51,462 nt of DNA from Gemmatimonadaceae bacterium (GTDB lineage Bacteria > Gemmatimonadota > Gemmatimonadetes > Gemmatimonadales > Gemmatimonadaceae), in assembly GCA_025450815.1 (NCBI GenBank), contig JANWLO010000014.1:1-51462 (forward strand), read 5' to 3'. The notes beneath the pieces were generated by a model, which was not told where the DNA came from, made no database searches, and saw nothing but the letters and a program-made list of their open reading frames with translations. Positions 8,318 through 18,143 of this stretch are shown piece after piece. A program made the translations under genes and the position numbers. Every line of letters begins with the position of its first letter. Positions within the stretch are counted from its first letter, which is position 1.

Positions 8318-9304
8318 CTAAACGGTCGATGACGGGTGGGAGGCTTCGGGTTCGCCCGTTGCCTCCCACTTGTTTTTGTGGCTGTGTCTGCCGGCCTTTT
8401 GGCGTTCAGCATTCGCCGGCACGAAGACGCGCAGGCAACGTGGTCTCATCCTGTAGCGGAGCGGCGAGCTCATCGTCGACACCTCGCCATCGGTCGCCAC
8501 GAGCAGTTGCGCGTGTCGGGTCTCGATCGCGCAATCGCTCGCCAGCACCGCCTCGAAGTCTCGCGACTGCCGCAGCCGGCCCAGCATCGCCTGAAGCGCG
8601 AGCAACACCAGCGGCGCGCGGCCCGGCTTCTTCACGACGTAGATGCTCAGCTGCCCGCCATCGAGACGCTCGCGCGCGCCAATGTCAAACCCCTCCATCC
8701 GGTATTCGTTGTTGCCGATGAACACGAGTGGAGTGCGGTAGCGCCGCTCATTCCCGCGCACGTCGAGCACAACCGTCATGAACGGCCACCTGCGGAACGC
8801 GGCGACGCTCGCCCACACGAGCGAGTTCAGCTTTCCGCGCCCGAGACGTCGCTGCTGCCGCTCGCGATCGCGCAGCATGTCGGGGTAGAGTCCGAGACTC
8901 GAGTTGTTGATGAAGACTCGATCGTTCACTTCGCCCACATCCACGAGCGTGCTGTTCCCTTCCACGATGCACTGCACCGCCGCATCGATTTCGAGCGGAA
9001 TTCCCAAATCCTTCGCGAAGTGATTGAGGGTGCCGAGCGGGAGGACGCCTAGCGTGATTTCGGTGCCGGCGAGTTGCGCGGCAGCGGAGCTGATGGTTCC
9101 GTCGCCGCCGCCCGCGACGATCGCGCTCGGATGCTCGTTGATCGCCGCACGAATCATCGCCACGAGCTCGGAGCCCGAGGATGCGGCACGAACATCAGCG
9201 GGTACCGCCCGCGCCTGGAACGATTGCGCGATTTTGTTCGCGAGATCCGCTCCGCCTGCGCTTCCAGCTCCCACGTTGATGACGACGGGGATTCCCGGGG
9301 TCAC
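8318..9304 (-). CDS. Diacylglycerol/lipid kinase (YegS/LCB5 family)
   Basis: DAGK catalytic-domain pattern: VVINVGAGSAG, the GGDGTISSAA glycine motif, and LGVLPLGTLNHFAKDLG. Confidence 0.85.
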   Translation of the reverse strand: MTPGIPVVINVGAGSAGGADLANKIAQSFQARAVPADVRAASSGSELVAMIRAAINEHPSAIVAGGGDGTISSAAAQLAGTEITLGVLPLGTLNHFAKDLGIPLEIDAAVQCIVEGNSTLVDVGEVNDRVFINNSSLGLYPDMLRDRERQQRRLGRGKLNSLVWASVAAFRRWPFMTVVLDVRGNERRYRTPLVFIGNNEYRMEGFDIGARERLDGGQLSIYVVKKPGRAPLVLLALQAMLGRLRQSRDFEAVLASDCAIETRHAQLLVATDGEVSTMSSPLRYRMRPRCLRVFVPANAERQKAGRHSHKNKWEATGEPEASHPSSTV

Positions 9305-9320
9305 GAACGCATCATTACCG

Positions 9321-9683
9321 CTACGGAACTGACTCGTTGGCGTCGTAGTACTCGTTCACGCACACGGAGATCACGTGGTTCAGGCGTTCGTCTCCATGCA
9401 CCGACTGCGCTCTCGACGAGCTCGCCGGCAATCCCGACCACACTTCCTTGATCAGCACCAGGAGTTGTTCTGCTCGCAGGCCGGCGTGTCGCGCATCGCG
9501 GCACACCTGGCGGAGCGCCGGGCGAAGGTGATGATCGGCATCCGTGCGCATGTCGGCGAGATCCAGACGCGAATCCTGGAAGGTGCGTCGCAGTGCAGCG
9601 CGCAGCTTTCGGTTCGCAGCTCCGAGCGGCGCCGTGCCATCGGATGAATCTGCGATTGGTGCTTCCTGCGGGATCGGCTCCAT
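9321..9683 (-). CDS. Hypothetical protein
   Basis: ORF with ordinary amino-acid composition from MEPIPQEAP onward. No motif recognised. Start chosen at the internal ATG at 9683; the upstream 26 codons are Arg/Gly-rich. Confidence 0.35.
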   Translation of the reverse strand: MEPIPQEAPIADSSDGTAPLGAANRKLRAALRRTFQDSRLDLADMRTDADHHLRPALRQVCRDARHAGLRAEQLLVLIKEVWSGLPASSSRAQSVHGDERLNHVISVCVNEYYDANESVP

Positions 9684-9931
9684 GTGATCCTCATCTCCCG
9701 GGCGACGGTTCGGCGGCGCTCGAACCAGTCGGATTCGAGCGCCTCGCCCACCGGCGACCATGGATGCGTATGCGTTCCGATCGTGTTCCGCAATAGGGGA
9801 AAAAGTTCATGTGCGACGTTTGACAGGATGATTACGAATTTCCGTTGCGGGGTCGAAACGCCAACGCGACGAGGCCCGCTCGACGCCGAACGGGCCAAGT
9901 GGTTGCAGACTCTACAGTTGCGAGATCATGG

Positions 9932-10633
9932 CTACTCGCCGGGCGGCGCCACGAACCTTACCGGTACCTGCACGATTTGCTTCACCTTGCGACCGCCCGC
10001 TTCCGCCGGTTGGAAACGCCAGCGCGGAATCACGGACTCGAGCGCCGCCGAGAAGAGCTCGTTGCTCGATTGCAGAATCCGGAGGGTGGATATGTCGGCC
10101 CTGCCCGTGGTGTCGACGACGAACTGCGCGACCACTTCGCCCGCGACTCGCGAGCTCTCGAGCGTCGAGGGGTAGCGCGGCGACGGATTTCCATCGCGCG
10201 CAAGTGCCGGCTTCTCCACCTGAAACTCGAAGCAGGGATGATCGCCATCGGTGTGCGCGGCGTCGTCGATGCTATCGCTTTCCCCGCGAGTCGCACCGGT
10301 GTCGCGAAAGAGGTCGTCGTTCGTGATCCCGCGCGTGGTGTCGATCGGCGGCAAGTGGTCCGGGATGTCGATTAACGGGACGATCGTTTCGTGCTCCTTC
10401 CACGGCAGCTGGTCGGGGCGTGAGCGTTGATGCGATGTCTTGGGAGGCGTCTTCGCTCTCGCCTTCACGTAGATCGGTGGATTCTCGGGTGTCTCGACGA
10501 TCGGCACTTCCCGCGCCTGCGCAGTCACGTACACGCCGAAGGTGATCACCGCGGCGTGCACCAGCACGCTGACGGTCGTGCCGCCGATCCTTCTTTCCTG
10601 CGTTCTGCGCGATTCAATTAGAGTGGTGAACAT
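9932..10633 (-). CDS. tonB: TonB-family energy transducer
   Basis: N-terminal anchor GGTTVSVLVHAAVITFGVYV, a Pro/Lys-rich spacer, and a C-terminal TonB_C pattern (YPSTLESSRVAGEVVAQFVVDTTGR...PRWRFQPAEAGGRKVKQIVQVPVRF). Start at the ATG at 10633 (MFTTLIESRR). Confidence 0.8.
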   Translation of the reverse strand: MFTTLIESRRTQERRIGGTTVSVLVHAAVITFGVYVTAQAREVPIVETPENPPIYVKARAKTPPKTSHQRSRPDQLPWKEHETIVPLIDIPDHLPPIDTTRGITNDDLFRDTGATRGESDSIDDAAHTDGDHPCFEFQVEKPALARDGNPSPRYPSTLESSRVAGEVVAQFVVDTTGRADISTLRILQSSNELFSAALESVIPRWRFQPAEAGGRKVKQIVQVPVRFVAPPGE

Positions 10634-10745
10634 GGGCTGCCTCCGGGATGAGGGTACGAGCCGCGATCCCATCGTGTGGAAGCCAACCTAGATGTTCAAC
10701 GTTGTGCAGTCGTGCCGGAACCATTACGAATCGCTGAAGGCCTCG

Positions 10746-13700
10746 TTACGAATTCACCGCTCTCGGCGCGATCGAGGCTGCGACCCGGGCGCTCTCGCCA
10801 CCCGGAACCCACGACTTCCCCACGTCGCAGATCTTTCGCTTCCGGTAGCCACAGTGATCGCACTTGGGGCCGGCCGATGTCGCGTAGTCCGCCGCGGCAA
10901 TCTTCGCGACCGTGCTCTCCGACCATCTGCCGATGTCCTGGCGCTCTGCGTCGAATGACCAGCGATGCACGCGTGGGCCAGTGAGGAAGAGAAGCGCGCA
11001 GTCGGAAACGGTGCCGATTCCGGCGCGCGAGAGCGCCATCGCGTAGAGCTCCAGCTGCGGCGCGTAATACTCGGCGAGGTACTCGAAGCGCCCCGTACCG
11101 CTGAAATCATTCGACTTGTAGTCGACCACGGTCCAGGCACCATCCTGACCCTGAATCGCGAGGTCGATCACACCCGCCACCATCGCGCCGCCCACGCGCA
11201 TCGCGAATGGCCACTCGCGCTCGACTCGCCTCGCGCTCCGAACCGCATCTCCGATCTCGCCGCCAAGCACTGCGCCGAGCATGCGAGCGAACGCGGGCTG
11301 CGCCTTCGCGTCCTCGCCCGCGAGCACGCGCGCGATCTCCGCGCCCGTGTCACCCGCGTCGAAGCGAATGCGCTCGAGCAACGCGTGCACCCTGGTCCCC
11401 AGCTCCACCGGCGACGGCAGAGACTCGGCCGCGCCTCCAGCACGGATCGACGCGCGGTGCCTTGCGTGCTCACGAATGTCGAGTGACTGCGAGAATCGGT
11501 ACACCTGCGGGCATCGCCGATACTCGAGCAGCTCGGTGACCTTGAGCGAGAGCGGCGTGGCGACGATCGGCAACTGCGCCGCCTGGTGCGCCGCGTCGCC
11601 GAGCGGAGGCGACCACGTGGCGGCGAGCGGCTTCCCGTCACCGTACATCGTGCGCGCGACCACGGGCTCGCGCACGTACGTCACCTTCGAGCGGTAGCCC
11701 TCGCACTCGCGCTCGCCCTCGGATGCGAGTGCGTCCGCGGCGCTCGCCTGCAGAAACGCGAGCGGAGTGAACGACTTCCCATCCGGCGTCCACTCCTTGG
11801 CCTCTGCCACGCTCTCCTTCACGCACGCAGAGAGGATCAGTCGCACCCGCGCGCGCGTGAGCGCCACGTACAACAGCCTGCGGTCCTCGGCCTCGGCGCG
11901 CTCCTTCATCTCCTCGATGATCGGCGCGAGCGACATCGGACGCACTTCGTTCCCCGCTTCGTCGAGTGCGGCGCAAAGGAGCGCTCCGTGGCGGGGGCTG
12001 AACTGGAGCGCGTTGCCTCGCTTGCCGCTTTGCAGATTTGGCAGGCACACTACGGGCCACTCGAGTCCCTTTGCCTGATGGATGGTAGTGAGCACCACGA
12101 CATCGTCCGCGTTTCCGACAAGCGGCGCGGTGGACTCTTCGGTGAGCAGCTCGCGCGACCGCTGCAGCTCCGCGAACGCTTCGAGCGCCGACGCGCTTCC
12201 CATCTCGCGCAGCTGGCGGCGGAGCTTCGCGAGGTTGCCGAGCATCGCCGGTCCATCCTGATGCGCGGCGAGCGAGGCCTCGTAGACGAACGTGCGGATG
12301 GCATCGTCGAGCGCCTCGGCGGCCGGCAGCCCGCGCACGCGCGTGCGCAGCGACGCGAACGCCGTACGAAAGTCCGCCAGCGGCGCGTAGGTCTGCAACG
12401 CAATCCACATTGGGAGCGCATTGCCGGCGACGGGCGCGCGCAACCGCCAGAGGTCCGCGTCCGTCGCCCCCACGAATGGCGAGCGCAGAATGGCGGCCAG
12501 CGCGAGGTCGTCGAGCGGCTGCGCGATCGCGCGCAACATCATCACACAGTCGAGCACCTCGGCGCGTTCGTAGAAACCCTGCCCCGACGCGGTCACGTAG
12601 GGTATGCCGCGATCCGCCAGCGCGCGCTCGAAGTACGGGATGGCGGTGCGTGTGCGGAAAAGGATGGCTATGTGTTTGGGGCTGATCGTCGTCCACGTCA
12701 GCTCGCGCTTTTCCGGATCGCGCGCGCGAGCGTGATCGTGTAGAAGGCGCGCTAGCTCCTCTGCCACCGCGGCCGCCTCGCGAGGCCGCGCCGCGCTCAA
12801 GGGCTCGAACTTCCGCGGGTCGTCGCTGGATTGCTGCTGCACAGAGTAAATCGTCGACACGGCTGGTGCGTCGAGCCACTCACCCGCGTAGTCTGCCCGC
12901 GCATCGATCTCTGCGAAGTGCGCAGGAAGCAGCGCGTGACCGACGCCGTTGATCATCGCGACGATCTCCGGTCTACTTCGGAAGTTCTCCGCCAGCTGCA
13001 GCTGATCCGCATGCGGAAGCTTCGACATCGCGCCGAGAAATACGTCGGGGTTCGCGCCGCGAAACTCGTAGATCGCCTGCTTCGGATCGCCGACCATGAA
13101 AAGCGTGTTCGCAGGCGTACGCAGCGACTCGACGATCTGAAACTGCAACTCGTCAGTGTCCTGCGACTCGTCGAGCAGGATATGGCGGAAGCGCTCCGCG
13201 TACTCGGCGCGCACGGCCGGGTTGCCGGCGAGCAGTGCGGCCGCGCGCAGCTGGAGATCGTGAAAGTCGAGCGCGCCGATGGCACGTTTGTGCTCGGCGT
13301 ACGAACGATCGACCTCTGCCGCCGCAGAGTAGATCGCTCGCTTGAGTGGTAGCAGCTCGCGCTCGAGCGCCTCCTGAGCGGGCCAGTCGTTGAAGGTGGC
13401 TTTCGCATGGACTCGCTTGATCGCGTGAACGAGCTCCTTAACCGCCTCACGCTGACCTTCCTCGATCTGACCCGTGAATCTCGTCGCCGTCCAGCATTCG
13501 GCGGGCACGGCGCCGCACGAGTTTGAACGCAAACATGTTCGAACCGCGTCGAGATATAGGCGCGACTGATCGTACATCGCCTTCTTCGAGGTGAATTCCG
13601 CGTCGTCGAGCAGCGGCTCGACTGCGCGCATGTGCGCGAGCATCTCCCGCTCGGCCACGGCGACGGTCTCCCGCGCACGAGCCAGCGCGAGCGCCACCGT

Positions 13701-14255
13701 GCGATCGCCGTCGCCGATCATATCGGCTTCGCGCCGCGATGCTGATGAGCCTTCGCGCATCAGCCGCGCGACCTCGCGGACGAGGGTGAAAATGCTCCAT
13801 CCGCCCTCGAAGCTCTTGCCGAGCCGCTGCGCGAACTCGCGGAGATCGGTGCGCTCGTACATCGTGTGGAGCGCGTCCTCGATCCAGAGCTTCTGCTCGT
13901 ACTCCGTGATCACGGTGAAGGCGGGATCGATGCGCGCGTCAAAGGGGCGTTCGCGAAGGATGCGCTCCGCGAAGCCGTGGATCGTCGAGATGTACGCTGC
14001 CTCCGTTGCGCGACGGAGCGCGGTTTCTCCGGACGCCTCGAAGATCCGGATCGCGCGCTCCTTCATCTCCGCCGCGGCTCTGCGCGTGAAGGTGATCGCG
14101 AGGATCCGATCGGGCCCGACTTCCGGATCTCGTGCGATCGCGACGAAGCGATCGACGAGCACTGTCGTCTTCCCTGCGCCCGCGCCGGCGGCGACAGCGA
14201 GATCGCAGCTCAGGTCCGTCGATGCGCGACGCCGATCGCCGGCGAGCTCACTCAT
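10746..14255 (-). CDS. addA: AddA-like UvrD/REP superfamily-1 helicase with a C-terminal PD-(D/E)XK (RecB-type) nuclease
   Basis: Walker A AGAGAGKTTVLV, helicase motifs HILLDESQDT, FMVGDPKQAIYEFRGA and TIHQAKGLEWPVV, and a C-terminal nuclease block VIDLAI...VVDYKSN...QLELYAMAL. There is an 8-nt overlap with the upstream gene. Confidence 0.85.
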   Translation of the reverse strand: MSELAGDRRRASTDLSCDLAVAAGAGAGKTTVLVDRFVAIARDPEVGPDRILAITFTRRAAAEMKERAIRIFEASGETALRRATEAAYISTIHGFAERILRERPFDARIDPAFTVITEYEQKLWIEDALHTMYERTDLREFAQRLGKSFEGGWSIFTLVREVARLMREGSSASRREADMIGDGDRTVALALARARETVAVAEREMLAHMRAVEPLLDDAEFTSKKAMYDQSRLYLDAVRTCLRSNSCGAVPAECWTATRFTGQIEEGQREAVKELVHAIKRVHAKATFNDWPAQEALERELLPLKRAIYSAAAEVDRSYAEHKRAIGALDFHDLQLRAAALLAGNPAVRAEYAERFRHILLDESQDTDELQFQIVESLRTPANTLFMVGDPKQAIYEFRGANPDVFLGAMSKLPHADQLQLAENFRSRPEIVAMINGVGHALLPAHFAEIDARADYAGEWLDAPAVSTIYSVQQQSSDDPRKFEPLSAARPREAAAVAEELARLLHDHARARDPEKRELTWTTISPKHIAILFRTRTAIPYFERALADRGIPYVTASGQGFYERAEVLDCVMMLRAIAQPLDDLALAAILRSPFVGATDADLWRLRAPVAGNALPMWIALQTYAPLADFRTAFASLRTRVRGLPAAEALDDAIRTFVYEASLAAHQDGPAMLGNLAKLRRQLREMGSASALEAFAELQRSRELLTEESTAPLVGNADDVVVLTTIHQAKGLEWPVVCLPNLQSGKRGNALQFSPRHGALLCAALDEAGNEVRPMSLAPIIEEMKERAEAEDRRLLYVALTRARVRLILSACVKESVAEAKEWTPDGKSFTPLAFLQASAADALASEGERECEGYRSKVTYVREPVVARTMYGDGKPLAATWSPPLGDAAHQAAQLPIVATPLSLKVTELLEYRRCPQVYRFSQSLDIREHARHRASIRAGGAAESLPSPVELGTRVHALLERIRFDAGDTGAEIARVLAGEDAKAQPAFARMLGAVLGGEIGDAVRSARRVEREWPFAMRVGGAMVAGVIDLAIQGQDGAWTVVDYKSNDFSGTGRFEYLAEYYAPQLELYAMALSRAGIGTVSDCALLFLTGPRVHRWSFDAERQDIGRWSESTVAKIAAADYATSAGPKCDHCGYRKRKICDVGKSWVPGGESARVAASIAPRAVNS

Positions 14256-17196
14256 CGCTGTGCGCGGTTCCGGCGCCGAACGTTCCGATACGGCACACGG
14301 GTCGCAGGTCGCAGTAGCCGCAATCGTCCTTGCGCGGGAGCACCACGAGCTCGCCGTGCGCGAGGCGCGCTATCTCATTACGTAATGCGTGCTGGCGATC
14401 GTGCATGAAGCTGGCGAAGTCGTCGGGGTCGAGCTCCCGCACCCGGCCCGTCTCGCCAGCAGGAATGAACGCGCGGGCGAAGTCTCTGCGCACCACGCCG
14501 AATCGCGCTCCGCTGGCGATACCGAGGTAGATCGCGCCCACCGGCTCCACTCCGAAGCGCGGCAGCACTTCGCAGTAGATCGGCAGCTGGAAGTCGGCCA
14601 TGTCTTCCATTTCCTTGCCGTACCGGGCGCCCTTGCCGCTCTTATAGTCGACTGCGATGCCGTAGCGCTTGCCGTCGCGCTCGATGATGTCGACGCGGTC
14701 GATCGACCCGCGCAGCAGGCTGTAGCTCGGCGTCGTCCCGTGCGGAAGCTCGACCTCGAGCCCCTGCGCAAGTGAGGACGGATCGCGCCCCGCATCGTTC
14801 GTCCCGAACGAGAGCTCGAAATACTCGGCGCGGCTGCCCGAGGCCGCGAAGTGCATGCGCTCGTTCTCAATTAACACGCGCAGATTGTCGCGCAGTATTT
14901 GAAGCTCGAACGTCACCTGCACATCGCTTCGGAGCTCGCGCGGAATCTTGGCGGTCCACCACCGTTCGAGCGCCTCGTTGAGCGACGCGGGGTCGAATCC
15001 GCCCCGACCCATCTCGTTCAACACTGCGTGCGCGATCGTACCGATCAGTCGCGCGTCGAGCTGCGGGGGCACGAGCGGCTCCAGCCGAAGACGGCGCGTG
15101 CCGAAATGCTCGTAGAGGCAGTGTACCACCATGCGAGCCTGGCTCGCCGACATCGTGGCGGCGAGCGGTATGGTCTCCGCGAGAACGTCCGGCGGCAGTT
15201 GAATCTTCTGCGCCGCGTGCATCAAACCGTCGTAGCCCCGTCGCTCGCGATCCGTCATGAGCGTGAGCGTACTGCGCACCGCGTCGAGCTCGGCGCCCGC
15301 GTCGTTTGCGGAGCGGTGGCGCGCCACGAGCGTCGCTCGTGCGAGCCGCTCGCCGCGCGTCGCTGCGAGCGCGAGCGGCCAGGTGGTGTCGCCAACCGAT
15401 CGCTCCGACCGCTCCTTCTCGCCAATCCCGAGATCGTCCATGTAGAACGACGGGAGCAACGCGTCGCCATCTTCGCCCGTGGATGGCCACGACACGATGA
15501 GCGACTCGCGCGCCGCACGACGAATGCGCTCGCGGCGCTCGTACTCCTGCGCCGTGTGCTCGGCGACGAGCGGCAACAGCGCGCCGCCGTCGTTGAGGGC
15601 TTTCTTCACCCGCTCCGGAAGCAGCGGTGCCTCGCGCGTGCGGCGCGGGAAGACGCCCTCGCGCCAGCCCACCGCGAACACGTACCGTGCGCTCGGCAGC
15701 CCCGCGCCGGCCACCGTCAAGTGCACGCCATCGAACGCCTTCGCATCGGCGCGAACGGTTGAGCGCTCGAGCACCTCCTCGAGCTCGAGTAGCCACTGGC
15801 GCGCATCGATACGCTCGACGCGCAGCGTGCCAAGCGCGCGATTCAACTCCGCCGCAGCGACGGCGAGTGACTCCCATCCCTGCTGATCGAGTCTGAGCGT
15901 GTCGTCGCGACCCGCGGCGAGATTGTACCGTCGCCCGGCGGAGAGGAAGCCGTAGTCCAGCGCGAGCGCGGTGAGCGTCGTCGCGAGTTCCTGCGGCGAT
16001 CGCTCCCCTTCGAGCGACTCGGACAGTTTCGCGACTGCGTTCGAGAGCTCGATGAACTTTCGACTCGACTCGCCTCGAGCAAAGCGCCTCCAGCTACGCA
16101 TCGAGCCGACTCCGCGCAGGAGCATCGCGCGCGAGAGACGGTCATGATCGTCGAGCGAAAGTCCGACGTACGGCGTCGCCAGCAACGCGAGCCCGCGCTC
16201 GACAGTGTCCTCCTGCTCGTCGGCGAGCAGCCGAAAGCTCTCGATGAGCGCGCGCACCAGCGGGACACCAGCGGTTTCGCGACGCCGCGGACTCGCGACC
16301 GGGACGCCGAGACGGCTGCACGCTTCATGGAGGAGCGCGAGATAGCGGACGTTGGGCGCGACGCCGAGCACGTCGCCGGACGGAACCGGCTGCGCGCCGG
16401 ATTGGACGAGCGCCAGGATCTCGCGGGCGACCATCTCGATCTCATCCTGCGTGCCGACGCCGCCGATCGCGCGCATGGCTGGCGAAGGGAGCGCGGACGT
16501 CTCGTGCGAGGTAACAAAGCCGAATGGATCGAGCGTCGCCGTCCATGCGGGCGCGCCGCCATTTGCGTCCAGGGCGGCAACACCGATGTGGCACGACGAC
16601 GATGCGCCGATCACCACCATGTAGAAGTCGCGCGTGACACGATCCGGGAACGCCGGATCCTCGAGCACGAGCGAGAGAGAAGGAACGCCCGCGGCGACAA
16701 TTGCGTCGACTCGATCCGCGTCATCGAGGAATCCGAGCTCGCGGCGCCGGTCGTCGAAGCGTTGGTACGCGTCGGCGGCGTGCGCGTCGCCACCGGCCTC
16801 GGTGAATTGCGCCGGGGATACTCGGTTGAGGCGCAACGTGCGCACGAGATTCGCGACTGCGCGCACGGCGCCTGCAGGCGCGTCGCCGCGGTGGTCGTCG
16901 AACAGTGGCACGCTGGCGGCGCGTCCGGCCTCGAGGATGAGGCCCCGCTCGAGCGCCCCAGGCATCGCAATCGGAGTCACGAGTCCCGCGCGCGATTCCA
17001 CCAGCGAGAGAAAACGACCGCGCGAGCACACAGCGAGACCGAGCGAGACGCCGTGGCGATCGGCAAAGCTCGAGAGTGCGAGCCTGCGCGCAGATGCGGA
17101 TGGCGCAACGACGATGGAGCCCGCTACTGCGTGCTCGCGGCACCAGGCGCCGACGGCGGCGGGATCGCTGTGTACCATCAACTCGCGCGAGCCCAT
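14248..17196 (-). CDS. addB: AddB-like subunit (inactivated-helicase scaffold plus PD-(D/E)XK nuclease with a Cys cluster)
   Basis: No Walker A at the N-terminus. C-terminal nuclease GSIDRVDII...AVDYKSGKG...FQLPIYC and CGYCDLRPVC. Its position directly upstream of addA is the canonical addB-addA order. The ATG at 17194-17196 overlaps the upstream TGA (TGATG). Confidence 0.8.
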   Translation of the reverse strand: MGSRELMVHSDPAAVGAWCREHAVAGSIVVAPSASARRLALSSFADRHGVSLGLAVCSRGRFLSLVESRAGLVTPIAMPGALERGLILEAGRAASVPLFDDHRGDAPAGAVRAVANLVRTLRLNRVSPAQFTEAGGDAHAADAYQRFDDRRRELGFLDDADRVDAIVAAGVPSLSLVLEDPAFPDRVTRDFYMVVIGASSSCHIGVAALDANGGAPAWTATLDPFGFVTSHETSALPSPAMRAIGGVGTQDEIEMVAREILALVQSGAQPVPSGDVLGVAPNVRYLALLHEACSRLGVPVASPRRRETAGVPLVRALIESFRLLADEQEDTVERGLALLATPYVGLSLDDHDRLSRAMLLRGVGSMRSWRRFARGESSRKFIELSNAVAKLSESLEGERSPQELATTLTALALDYGFLSAGRRYNLAAGRDDTLRLDQQGWESLAVAAAELNRALGTLRVERIDARQWLLELEEVLERSTVRADAKAFDGVHLTVAGAGLPSARYVFAVGWREGVFPRRTREAPLLPERVKKALNDGGALLPLVAEHTAQEYERRERIRRAARESLIVSWPSTGEDGDALLPSFYMDDLGIGEKERSERSVGDTTWPLALAATRGERLARATLVARHRSANDAGAELDAVRSTLTLMTDRERRGYDGLMHAAQKIQLPPDVLAETIPLAATMSASQARMVVHCLYEHFGTRRLRLEPLVPPQLDARLIGTIAHAVLNEMGRGGFDPASLNEALERWWTAKIPRELRSDVQVTFELQILRDNLRVLIENERMHFAASGSRAEYFELSFGTNDAGRDPSSLAQGLEVELPHGTTPSYSLLRGSIDRVDIIERDGKRYGIAVDYKSGKGARYGKEMEDMADFQLPIYCEVLPRFGVEPVGAIYLGIASGARFGVVRRDFARAFIPAGETGRVRELDPDDFASFMHDRQHALRNEIARLAHGELVVLPRKDDCGYCDLRPVCRIGTFGAGTAHSDE

Positions 17197-18143
17197 CAGC
17201 CGCCGACGCACCGTTCGAGTTTCTCCGCGAGCTGGCGGCGAAGATCCTCGGGCTCCACAATCTCGGCGTCGGGACCATACTGGAGCACGTGGCGAAGCGC
17301 CCACGAGTCGTCGGCTACCTGATGCTGGATGGTAAGGCTGCCATCCGCATCGGGCTTCTTTCCCTCGCGCTCCGCCACCCAGCGCGCGATTCGCGGCGAG
17401 TAGCGCACGGTCATGCGGCGCGCGCCATCCGCGTGGAAGGCGCGGCCGGATTCGAGAGCGAGTGCGGCGACGCTGGCGTTCGGCTCGAACTCGTCGCCGA
17501 GCACTTCGACATTTTCTATTCTGTCGAGACGAAAGAAGCGCAGCCCGCCGTCCTCGCTCGTCGTCACGACGTACCACATCTGCTCGGCGAACGCGAGCGA
17601 GTACGGACAGACCACGCGCTCGGTCGTCTCGGTGGCGGCGCCCGCGCGATAGCTGAGCCGAACCTTGTGATGATCGCGAACGGCGGAGCGGAGTGCGGCG
17701 AGATGGGCGGACGAGCCGGCGCTCGCGAGATCGGCGTAGCGCGTGCCCTCGTGCGGATCGGAGGCGGCAATGCGGCTTACTGTTTGTCTCAGCCGCTCGA
17801 GTGCGCGATCGATGGGCGCCTGCTCCACGGGCGTTCTGTCGCGGCGCAGCAGCATGAGGCCGAGCTCGAGCGCGCAGAGCTCAGCCATCGTCAGGCGCAT
17901 GGGGCGAAGAAAGTGGTTTGCGGTAACGCTGACGCTGTGCTCGTCCACGAGGATTGAGACGCCGTCGACGAAACCGCCGGGCGCATCGAATCGTTCGGAG
18001 ATCGAGTGGAAGTCCGACATCAGGTTGTCGATGGACGTACCGGCCAGAATCGCGACGTCCTCGTGCGCGTGGTCCTCCCCATCCGCAAGATGGGGGATGA
18101 GGTTCAGCACGCGCCTCAGCTGCACGGCCGCGGTATCAGCCAT
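17196..18143 (-). CDS. WYL-domain transcriptional regulator (YafY family, PafC-like)
   Basis: N-terminal wHTH-like region, then a WYL-type beta domain: KVRLSYRAGAATETTERVVCPYSLAFAEQMWYVVTTSEDGGLRFFRLDRI. 315 aa. Confidence 0.75.
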   Translation of the reverse strand: MADTAAVQLRRVLNLIPHLADGEDHAHEDVAILAGTSIDNLMSDFHSISERFDAPGGFVDGVSILVDEHSVSVTANHFLRPMRLTMAELCALELGLMLLRRDRTPVEQAPIDRALERLRQTVSRIAASDPHEGTRYADLASAGSSAHLAALRSAVRDHHKVRLSYRAGAATETTERVVCPYSLAFAEQMWYVVTTSEDGGLRFFRLDRIENVEVLGDEFEPNASVAALALESGRAFHADGARRMTVRYSPRIARWVAEREGKKPDADGSLTIQHQVADDSWALRHVLQYGPDAEIVEPEDLRRQLAEKLERCVGG